Assembly: GCA_022813965.1 (NCBI GenBank)
Contig: JALDZS010000043.1
Location: forward strand, 124,001-149,009
Origin: Toensbergia leucococca
Lineage: Eukaryota
Length of the DNA: 25,009 nt
Reading direction: 5' to 3'
This document shows positions 1 to 9,306 of the stretch, one piece after another. Each line of letters starts with the position of its first letter. Within the stretch, counting starts at the first letter, position 1. A model generated the notes under the pieces. That model did no database searches and was not told the origin of the DNA. It saw only the letters and a list, made by a program, of their open reading frames with translations. Position numbers and translations under genes: made by a program.

Positions 1-2080
1 CCATTACTCGGAGGGCCGTTTCGCCCTGGAGGGCTGGATTTTCCGCCTCAATGTCCCAGATTGCACCACTGTCCAGAAAACCCTCTGCACTTCGTCCCCG
101 GAAATTCCTTTCCAATGTTCTGGGTCCCGTATAGCTCGTGAGATGTCCCCCCGCATTTAGCCATTCTGACATTCGGCTAGGCATCGTGGCTGGAGGCGTG
201 GCAAGGATGATGTTCTAATGACACTGTATTGGTAAGTAACCTACAATGGTGTTGATTTGATTCTTTATAGGTCTGGCTACATACGAGATTAAATTTACCG
301 GATGAAAGTCGAGAAATGAGATTGTATTTACGGAGCAGAGATTTAAATTATAATAGACGCAGAGGATGGAACAGTGCGTATTTACGGGCTAATGTTGATA
401 GTCTTGTTGCGCTGACTGAGAATACTTGAATCTCACTGTATAGAGGAGTACTGACAATGAAGACTCTTCAGGGCATGCTTGATTATATACCCCATCAACA
501 ACGCTTGAGAGGCACTTCCAAGAAAAACCTCAAGCTTGACCAGCTGCAATGACAGTTTAAATGATTTAAGCATGTTTCTACCAAAATTTCCTGCGAAGTT
601 TCTTTCTATCAAAAATGGCCAAAAATGGTCTAACGCCATCGAACCCAATCTCGCCAAAGTAGACATATAAGTCAAATTCGCCGATAGAAGACCTGAAAAG
701 ATGTGATACTGCCATGGGATACAATGGGAAAAATCAATTGCAACGTACCAGTCCATCATTGGTCAGCGAAGAGGGAGCGAAACAATTGCCACACATCGAA
801 GCTATTGTGTAACATCCCCCATACTAGCCGCAAGACCTCGTTCTGTGAACATTGCTCGCAGTCGCTGACGCCCACCTAGGCAGCAGCCTCACATGTTCTC
901 TCTCGAAATAGAAACCTCTTGCTTCCCGTCCTCGTTACCAGGATTGAAGCCAAGGCACGGACGGCGCCTCTCAACCATCAGCAACATATGCTCATTCACC
1001 CCCGGAGACTCACTGTCCCCAACAAAGTTTATACGCTCCAGAAGCAAGTCTTTCGACGTCGTCCGAGTCTTGGGGCAGGAGCGTGTCCAGAGTCTGGTGA
1101 AATTGTGTCTCGCAACCTCTGCTGAGCTTAGCGTATGACGAAGGAAGACCAGTAGGACTTGTGGAGATAGGAGAAGAGAAAAGAGAAAACAGCAAATCAA
1201 ACCCCGATCCTTCCCACAGCCTAGCTAGTCCTGTTCTTCAGATGCCAACTCTTCTCCCGATCCACCACCGCCTCTTCCTGTAATGCACATTCGACACCTT
1301 CAGGCTCTAAAATAGATATACCCAATCAATCACCAATGTATCCGCAACCCCCTTGCTAGAGCCTAAACGAAACCGCTATGCCGTTCGTTTCGACTGCTTA
1401 CATCCTATCTGTCCATTTCTCTATCCGCCTTGCTCATGGCAAAGTGGGTATTCACGCCCTTCTTTCTTCTCCTGACCTTTTCGATCTCACACCGTCAAGG
1501 TGGACTTTGGTCTAGCTGGGTTTTCTGTTTTCGGAGCCGTAGCTCTGCTGGATTATCTCAAACATATCCACGACGGCATCTACGATTGATTCGATTATAT
1601 GACATTGTAACCTACACCAAAATGGGGAACCCTTGGACCCATGCAGTTTTGGTCTATCGCTGAGTAGGCGAGTATTGATCCCCTTAACCCCCTTAATTAC
1701 GGATGGGGGTGGAGAGGGAAGGGAGGGTGCGGGGAGTTGGCACTGGGGCGGCACACACACTCCCGTTTGTATAGATATGTCAATCATAAATTTGAAAAGT
1801 TTTCAGGTAAAAAATTTCCTTTTTTTTTGGGCTAGTAAAAGTCTAGGTACATATTTCATACACAAATGTTTTAAGTAATGAAGCCCCCCCCTTTTTTTTG
1901 AGGGGTGTGAGGGGGGAGGGATTTGGCAATGAGCCTTTTGACTTGGCCCTTGAGTTGAGGTGAGTGATGTTGAGTTAGAGGTTTGTTTTGTTTTTTGCTT
2001 TTTTGATTTTGAGATTGAGATTTGAGGTTGAGATGAGGGGTTGTGAGGATTGCGGGTGGGTGAGGGATGAAAGGGAGTGT

Positions 2081-2138
<58 letters not shown>
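2081..2138. repeat. Poly-G homopolymer (58 nt) inside a G-rich low-complexity tract (~1900-2560)
   Basis: Uninterrupted G run read directly from the sequence. The length may be inflated by sequencing or assembly error. Confidence 0.9.
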
Positions 2139-2500
2139 CTTGCAGAATGGAAGGGGAGGGGGTTGTTAAGAGATGAAAGATAAAGGGTTGATGGCGATGG
2201 AAGGGGGAGGGTGATGTGAGGGAAAATAGGGAAGAAAAAAAGGAAAGTGTAGGGAAGAATAGAGGAAGGTGTAGGGGGAAGTGTAGTGTTGGGTTGCGGG
2301 AAATGAGGAATTGAGAAAAATCTTAGAGAAATGAACATGAGAAGGTAGAACTGAAGATGAGATGGTAGAGTAGCGTAGAGCGTAGAGCTTAGAGTCTTAA
2401 CAAAGTGAGAAGTGTCTCTCTTCATTTTCTCATTTTCTCATCCCCCCATCCTCTCACCTAGAATTACCAAAGATTAATCCCCGGTGTGGGTGCGGGGGGA

Positions 2501-2590
2501 GGGGCAGGGGAGGGGGATTCTAAACACAGGGGGGCAGGGAGGGGGATTCTGGGGCATAGGGGGGTAGGGAGGGTGATTTCTAAACATACC
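2501..2590. repeat. Imperfect G-rich minisatellite, 3 x 30 bp
   Basis: Units are ggggcaggggagggggattctaaacacagg / ggggcagggagggggattctggggcatagg / ggggtagggagggtgatttctaaacatacc. Confidence 0.75.
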
Positions 2591-3023
2591 TACCCATCTC
2601 CCCTAACAACATCCGCCAAAAAAAAAAGGGAAAAATCTTACCAGCCATTGCCAAAACGCGGAAAATGACCAAAATCTGCATTGCCCACCTTGATGTTGAC
2701 ACAGCCTGGGCTTTTTGGCTGGAGATTTGGCTTTTTCCCCCATTTTTCCCCCATTTTTTGTTTTTTTCAAAAGGGGTGGGTTGGGGGGGGGGCAATGTGG
2801 GGGCTTTTGGAGGAAGGGAATAGGTAAGTGTCAAATTCTGATGTTGGGTTTTTTTTTCTTTGATTGGGGGGGCGCGGGGATAGATTGGTAGATAGGTAGA
2901 TAGGTTAGGTGACTCAGGTAAGTACTGTATGGAAGAAGATCAGAAGATCAGATCTATACATGCTACAGTGTCCCCGCGCCCCCCCACACACCCAAAAAAA
3001 GCAAAACAGTTACACCTCCCCCA

Positions 3024-5591
3024 TCATGACCCCTTGGCCCGATTCATAGGCCCCCAATCCTTCCGCGGATTAACCTGATACCTCACCCCTCCCTTCCTCT
3101 TCCCCCCCAGCGGCCCCTCCATCTCGCGTCCCAATTTCTCATCAAAGACGATTCGCAGTTTGCTAGGCGCTACATCAACGTCCCAGGGGGGCGCTCCAGT
3201 AGCAGCAGCGGCATCATCATCATCATCGTGGTGTGGAATTTGCGGCTGCTTGGAAGGAGAAGAGGAAGATTCCGCTTCGGGGCGTTGTGACTTGAGAATT
3301 TCTTTTTCTTCTAGAATAGTGTCCTCCTGCGCTTCCGACGCAGCAGCAGCAGCAGCAGCAGCCTTCTGAGCCCGATACAAAACAGCCTCGACCCCAACCT
3401 TCAACTCGTCCAGCCCCTCGCTTCTATCCACAACATCCTTAATCTCCTTTCTTGCCTCCGTTACCCACGCCCCGGACCGCGCTAGACGCATGATTCCCCA
3501 CCCAGCCGTGCCGGGTTTGATAGCGCCCTCCTTGACAGGGGCCTTCTGCCGCACCCATTCGCGCATGATTTCCCAGACGACGCTCCAAGGGGCGTCGGTG
3601 CGGATGCTACCTGCCTTTGTGTGGGAGCGGGTGGTGCGGTAGCCGAGGTGAGAGAGGGCGCCGCGGAGGGCGGCGTCTGAGGGTGCAATACAGTGGAGGA
3701 CTTTGGCGAGGTTGGAGGGGTTGAGGAAGAAGGGGTGGTGGGAGAGGGTTGAGGGTGGGAGGCGGGGAAGAGGGGTGGTTATTGGGGCTGTGGTTGGGGA
3801 TGGAGGCGGGTCGTCTAGAGATTCGTGGAGGGCAAGAGAGAGCATGCCTTGTATTCGGGGGATGGTGGCGTAGGTTTCGTGGTCCAACGAAGGAAGGAGG
3901 TCAAGGATACGTTGGATGAAATATGGGTTATGGAGTGGTCCTCCCCACATGGGGCCGGAGAGATGTGTTATGAAACCGCAGTGTTCGCAGTGCGGAGTAG
4001 CCGAAGGGGCTTGCGCCAACGAGAATTTGAAGAACGTCCCTTCTTTCTTATCTTTCTTTTCTCGGGTTTGCGCAAGGTATTGTGTAGTCCATGCTCCACA
4101 TCCCTCGTCGCAATTGTAAACGATCATTGTCTTGCCAGCCAGTAACTTGACCTCTGCGGGTGATCGAAGGATGCGGACGAATACTCGAGCGTAAAAGTCT
4201 ATGGAGAGAGAGAGGAGAGGTTCGATGGCAAGACCATAACGAGCTGCTGATGTGGCTATACCGTGGAGTATGAGCCGAAGGCCTCCTTCGTGGGATTGAG
4301 GACCTTTTAATGGCAGGCCCCCGTACTGTGAGAAGGTTTTTTCCAGATAGCCCACCGAGGCGAAAACACCTGAATCTGTACACGTAACACACAGTAAGCC
4401 GCCGTCGTTGACAGCCTGTACGGCGGCGTCGAAGAAAGGAGCAGCTGTTCCGTATGGATCTAGATCGATGACTTCATATTGATCTAATCCTACGCCATAC
4501 ATATGGGCTAATGCGTTTCCTGTCGTTGGATTGATCCTGTTAGAAAGGTTGTTATGCTGGACGTTCACTTCGATCGATGCCGTGGCGGAAGGTGATAAAT
4601 CGTTGGCTGTGACGGAAGTAGTCATTGGAATTTCTTTTGCGTATCTTATGGCACGTAATCCTGTGGCAGACAAGGCGTCGAGTATTCTGAAGCGTGTCGG
4701 CCTAGCTGGGGGTTTTGCTCTTGCTTCGGTTTCTTCAAGATTGACTGGCCCCTTCGTCGAGTCTTCCGCATCGTTATCCGCTCCTGAACGCTGCCCAGAT
4801 TCACGTTGAAATGCCTTCTCCGTCATGGGGGTGAGTGAGGTCACATGAGTTTCCGACTTGGCTAGAATTTCCGACGTAGCTGATTTTGTAGATGTCGCAG
4901 CCTCTGTTGAATGGACTAGAGCTTCTGGTGTAGTCGGAGTCACCAATTCAAATGTATCCTCCCCCATCACTGGTCCGATCACTGGCTTTGCCGTAATTAA
5001 GTCGTTGTCAAGTCTTTGCTTCTTGTCTATCGCTGGGATTTGAGCTTCCGACCCACGCTCATCACCTACAGAGTACGAAGCCTGATCTTGGGTATCGCTA
5101 TGAGTATCACCTTGCAATCCTGAATTTGACGTGCCATTGGCTGAGTTCAATGGATCTTGAATAGCACTCTCACTATTCATTCCATTCACCAATCCCTCCC
5201 CTTTATTTTGAATCATGTCCCCACCTTCGCCTTTCCCTCTCTTCCTTTTCTTGCCCCTCTGTCCATCATTCGGTAGGTTTTGCGACCTCCTCTCTGCCCG
5301 TTCTCTTCTCAGTACAGCCAAGTCCTCACCAAATACTCGTATAGCTAGAACACTCAGATCCCGGTTGAACTGCTGAATGGGATTGTAGAACACCGCCTGA
5401 GGTTTGACGTCCACGTTTTTGGCGGACTTGGGGCCTTTGGGGGGTGATGGGCCTTGGGGATTGAGAATCTCGGCCAGGCCTTCTCTGATGATGGTGTAAT
5501 CCTGACAATTATATGTGACATCCACCTGGAGTTTTGGTACTGGCTCGTCTGCTTTTCCGTCATCAACTGTAGTAGTATAAGTGGGTCCCAT
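3024..5591 (-). CDS. TRM1: tRNA (guanine26-N2,N2)-dimethyltransferase Trm1, 855 aa from the first in-frame ATG, apparently intronless; frame stays open upstream (GTG 5684, CTG 5702)
   Basis: Trm1 family motifs: FYNPIQQFNRDLS, ILDALSATGLRAIRYAKE, VIDLDPYGTA, GLLCVTCTD, PLLSLSIDFYARVFV, Cys pairs CDEGC/CEHC, GPMWGGPL, RTDAPW, and C-terminal RYQVNPRKDWGP. The ORF-track start at 5684 is GTG; the first ATG is at 5591. Confidence 0.95.
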   Translation of the reverse strand: MGPTYTTTVDDGKADEPVPKLQVDVTYNCQDYTIIREGLAEILNPQGPSPPKGPKSAKNVDVKPQAVFYNPIQQFNRDLSVLAIRVFGEDLAVLRRERAERRSQNLPNDGQRGKKRKRGKGEGGDMIQNKGEGLVNGMNSESAIQDPLNSANGTSNSGLQGDTHSDTQDQASYSVGDERGSEAQIPAIDKKQRLDNDLITAKPVIGPVMGEDTFELVTPTTPEALVHSTEAATSTKSATSEILAKSETHVTSLTPMTEKAFQRESGQRSGADNDAEDSTKGPVNLEETEARAKPPARPTRFRILDALSATGLRAIRYAKEIPMTTSVTANDLSPSATASIEVNVQHNNLSNRINPTTGNALAHMYGVGLDQYEVIDLDPYGTAAPFFDAAVQAVNDGGLLCVTCTDSGVFASVGYLEKTFSQYGGLPLKGPQSHEGGLRLILHGIATSAARYGLAIEPLLSLSIDFYARVFVRILRSPAEVKLLAGKTMIVYNCDEGCGAWTTQYLAQTREKKDKKEGTFFKFSLAQAPSATPHCEHCGFITHLSGPMWGGPLHNPYFIQRILDLLPSLDHETYATIPRIQGMLSLALHESLDDPPPSPTTAPITTPLPRLPPSTLSHHPFFLNPSNLAKVLHCIAPSDAALRGALSHLGYRTTRSHTKAGSIRTDAPWSVVWEIMREWVRQKAPVKEGAIKPGTAGWGIMRLARSGAWVTEARKEIKDVVDRSEGLDELKVGVEAVLYRAQKAAAAAAAASEAQEDTILEEKEILKSQRPEAESSSSPSKQPQIPHHDDDDDAAAATGAPPWDVDVAPSKLRIVFDEKLGREMEGPLGGKRKGGVRYQVNPRKDWGPMNRAKGS
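3340..3362. repeat. (GCA)7 microsatellite encoding a poly-Ala tract in Trm1
   Basis: gcagcagcagcagcagcagcagc on the plus strand; the Trm1 translation reads KAAAAAAAAS here. Confidence 0.85.
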
Positions 5592-5917
5592 GCTGGCGGA
5601 TTGAGATTGACATGCTCGAATTAGTCCTCTGGGAGAATGCACGCGTAAAGTGCGCCAGGTGCACTGTGATACATTGGCGCGCACTGAACTAATTAGGGCC
5701 AGACTGACGGTAGTCGATCCTACACGCTCAATTCAGTTTGTAGGAGAAATTGAAAGTCAACATGAAAATATTATAATCAGCGAGTCCGCTAAGCCACTCG
5801 CCGGGGTCCTTGTTATCTTAGCGTCAGCTAAAGACTCACGCTTCCACGACATTGAGGTGAATATTTTATTTGATAATGATAATAAGAGCAAAACCTCCAT
5901 CAACAATCAACCAAACA

Positions 5918-6006
5918 GTCACTTTGGCGGAGTGGTTAACGCGTTCGCCTGCTATCCAGCTAAGCGAATTCTTTCGAGAGCGCAGGTTCGAATCCTGCAG
6001 GTGACG
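5918..6006 (+). tRNA. tRNA-Ser(GCT) with an 8-nt intron (5955-5962)
   Basis: Full cloverleaf: acceptor GTCACTT/AGGTGAC plus discriminator G; D arm GCG...CGC with A-box TGGCGGAGTGG; G26 at 5943; anticodon stem TTCGC/GCGAA; loop CT-GCT-A[TCCAGCTA]A; long variable arm TTCT-TTCG-AGAG (class II, Ser-type); T arm GCAGG-TTCGAAT-CCTGC (B-box). Confidence 0.95.
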
Positions 6007-6011
6007 TTTCC

Positions 6012-6016
6012 TTTTT
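6012..6016 (+). terminator. RNA polymerase III terminator (T5) of the tRNA-Ser gene
   Basis: TTTTT starts 6 nt after the discriminator base, and a second T run follows. Confidence 0.75.
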
Positions 6017-6814
6017 GCATTTTTATTGCTGAGTCTGTGGCTAGATATCTTCAAGAATATGTAATCGCGTCTGAAATGATGGTGTTTTGGGGAAAATGAA
6101 ATTATTTTTGGAGCAGTAGATTATCGGCTGAGATGGACTTCTAATTTTTTACAACTCATGGACTCCTCGGACAGGGTAATAGGAGACGAGAACAATATCA
6201 TTTCGTGTCATGATTGTAGATGTAGGCATTGTTACCGTTCTCATGACTAATAGATCTAGACTTTCTATGTCTAATCTTGAAGACCATTCTGACTTTTGAG
6301 AAGCCCCGTTCCAAACCCTTCGACCCTATTGAGTACCATTATTTTTTTCCATCCTCCCTACACTTTCTCAACAGCTTGACAGCACCATGACTTGCCCTCA
6401 ACACAAAGCGCCTTACCACAGAAAAGTCGTCAGAAGTTAATATGAAGACGTGATCATACTGGGCAGCTCCCACGGCCTCCAGCGAGTTTCCTTCACAACA
6501 TAGGATGTGCAATGTAGCAGATCAAACGCTTCCATTCGCAACCAATGATCCCCATACCTCGAGCGCGGATCTTGCTATTAAGGGTGCTATCGTCCCTGCA
6601 TCAGAAACGAGGGGTTCGACTCTAGGATTGCCGATTTAGCTTGTTTGGACTGCCAGCAATCTACCGCTACCGATAACATACGATACGGTGTGGGTTCCGG
6701 CTATGATAGAGATCCCGAATCTGTAGCTTTTGGTCTGGTTTGGTCTGGATGTGTACTGTGGATTACGTCGAATATCTGTTGCATAAGTACGGCATCACAT
6801 GACCGATGCTACGG

Positions 6815-8651
6815 TCATCTTCGACGAACAGTCATAGGCGATTGAGATCGCCTGACAGACGGCCCAGCTGAGAGCTCTTGAGGTCCTGAAAAACCGTCCA
6901 GCTCGGCTGGTTCCTGTAATACCTGAATTGGACCGGCATCAAGCTGAGATACCGGCACACCGCCCAATTCGCCTTTAGCGGGTTCAGCATCCAACTGTGC
7001 AACAGGTGTTCCCATTAATTCCTGATCTTTAACCTCGCTATATTGTTGATCCGTAGTCGCAGACAATTTTTTCTTTCGTCGCAATCGTAGATAAATAATC
7101 ATTGCAGCGATTGCAGCGATAAGAACAATGGGAATAGTGACACCTATAGCGATTTTAGCTCCTGTTGAAAGTCCTGCTGAAGTATTGAGAGGTTCGCTTG
7201 ATGCAGATGTCGGTGTGGTACTGAGTTCGGCTTGCGAGGTCACTGAAGCTCCGGAGCTGCTGGAAGTAGACGTGCTCGAAGTACTGGTCTTTGTTGAAAT
7301 GACCAAGCCGGAGATGGTTGGGAGTGATACCGCAGCATCAACAGTCCAAACGCCAGAACTAGTGGACGGGCAAGCGGCTGAGCTGAAAGAGGGTGTGTAA
7401 TCAGACTTGGCAATCCCCGTTGGCCTAGCCGTATCCCACTGACTCTGGAGATTGTAAAAATCTGGAGTAATGGGCGTAGGTGTTCCTGAGCTTGCGTATT
7501 CCGTCACATTTGACGCTTCGGTTTGTTCTCCGTACGAAATGATACCGTAATGGTTTTCCTGCTCTGCCCATTCGTATACAATGGCGCCACTCCAAACCGA
7601 GTTCATGTCCTTGCCTAGAATGGCCACTTGGTCATCGAAGGTACGATTACCATCCACGTCGCATCCAGTCTCGGAGAAGAATATCGGTATAGGGTAATCG
7701 AGCATTTCCTCATAAATCTGCTGATAACCAGATGCTTCGAAACTGGACGGGCCACACCACGAATATCTATTTATTCCGTAAAAGTCGATACTGTCCGAAT
7801 GATTGTTTCCGCAGGCAAGGTAATCAGCCAAAGGCTTTTGCACGATGTCCACGTCTGCGGATGTATAGCCAACTGGGATCTTGCGATAATTCTGGCCATC
7901 TCTATAGGCCTTGATATCTCTAGCGGCAGCCTTGACATAGGGCGCACAATCAGAAGTTGCAGCTAGCGCTTGTCAGAGAGAATAAGAAAAAGTGGTGTCT
8001 TGAAACGAGCTCACATGAATCCACAACTTCATTTGCAACGGTGACCCCGAGTAGGTTATCGTACGAAGCAAAAGCATCGAGAGTAGAGGTAAAATTCAAA
8101 TATTGACTAAGAGTCCAGTCTGGAGATGCCTAGAGAGGCGCAATTTTCAGCAAATGGACAATGAATGTTCGGTTATCCAGTGACTTGATTGCGATCAGTT
8201 TGCAGTCTCATTTCTTACCCTGTCAAACGATGTATGTGGATTGGTCAAATCCAGAAGCACATAAATGCTAGCATCGGCAAAGGAAGTCATGCAAGCATTA
8301 TGCGACTGAGAGCTATCCACCGTGTAGACGCGAGCAACGTTTACTCCAAGAATCTTCATCAAAGAAGCGTCGAGAGCACATTGTGATGCATCTACGAGAG
8401 GATCAAGGTTATCTACGCCAGCAGGTGAATATGCTACGCCTAAGAAGAGCAGGCAGGAAATTAGCCAGCAGTCTGTTGAAAAGGGTGTGATTCATCATAC
8501 CTCGAATGAAGAATTGGTTGCCATTACTATCAAAGAACTTGGAGCCCGATATCGAGATAGTCGGTATGCTGTCGACGAGCGCTAGGAGGCTGAAGAAACT
8601 GAGAGATAATGTTAGTATGGCAAGGATTTTCTGAAGGTCCATGTTGGCCAT
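6815..8651 (-). CDS. GH72 (Gas/Gel/Phr family) beta-1,3-glucanosyltransferase with signal peptide, Ser/Thr linker, single TM helix and cytoplasmic tail; ~544 aa; exons 8651-8501, 8439-8219, 8129-8015, 7962-6815
   Basis: Manual splicing through three GT-AG introns (61, 89, 52 nt) gives one continuous frame. It contains GH72 motifs GSKFFDSNGNQFFIRGVAY, LGVNVARVYTVD, GVTVANEV (acid/base Glu), PYVKAAARDIKAY, RKIPVGY, DFYGINRYSWCG, PIFFSETGC (nucleophile Glu) and WSGAIVYEW, plus a hydrophobic N-terminal signal. Confidence 0.9.
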
Positions 8652-9306
8652 ACTACTATGTCTACGGTGGAGACAGATGGAAGAAGAGAAACCCCCATAG
8701 ATGCTGGGGAACGGGAAAAGCACAAGAATCCTTCGACCTCCGCCAAGGCTGGGAGATTGTGTGGCTTAGAGTCTCTTAGAGGTAGATCTAATGCTAGTAT
8801 GATGGTTAGTCTTGCCTAGTTGGCAATTAACATGACACGCGAGGAAAACGGTACAATCAATGCCCCGGTCGTATTGTAGGTAATTAAGGAATCAACGGCG
8901 TTTGTTCCCGTACCTGTAAGGCTGTACCTATGAAACACTTTTTTGTCTTTTATCCGCAAATATCCGTACTCCGTATATATCCGAGCATTGACCACTCAGG
9001 CTCGTACTCGTGCTCAGTGAGTCAATGTAGAGTATGTGGGGACAAAGAACAAAGAGTACGGGACAACTCAAAAGCCATGTTTTGTTTCAAAATACACAAA
9101 CTAGAAGACAATTGACAAGCACCAGCACAAGCACGCCTTTTTGAACCCCGGATATCAAATACAAAGCCGCCATACAACCGCAATAATGCATACCTATGTT
9201 TCCCTCCAAGAAAGGGAAATGGAGAAATTAGCCACTCTAGTCCTTGCTATCATGTTGCCCTTGGCTCTATTTTTACAGCAATTTCAGCCTTCTCTTTTTA
9301 TCTCTC

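Noticed and set aside
1..184. Minus-strand ATG-initiated frame (MPSRMSEWLNAGG...) running off the left edge
   Set aside because: Only 61 codons are visible, no motif is recognisable, and other frames are similarly open, so a gene call cannot be supported.
1871..2425. 184-aa Pro-rich ORF and overlapping Gly-rich ORF
   Set aside because: Products of the poly-G/low-complexity tract, with no domain signal.
5650..6099. 149-aa plus-strand ORF
   Set aside because: It has a GTG start, runs through the tRNA gene and TRM1 upstream region, and shows no recognisable protein features.
6613..6623. B-box-like GGTTCGACTCT suggesting a second tRNA or SINE
   Set aside because: No T-stem pairing, convincing A-box or cloverleaf around it.
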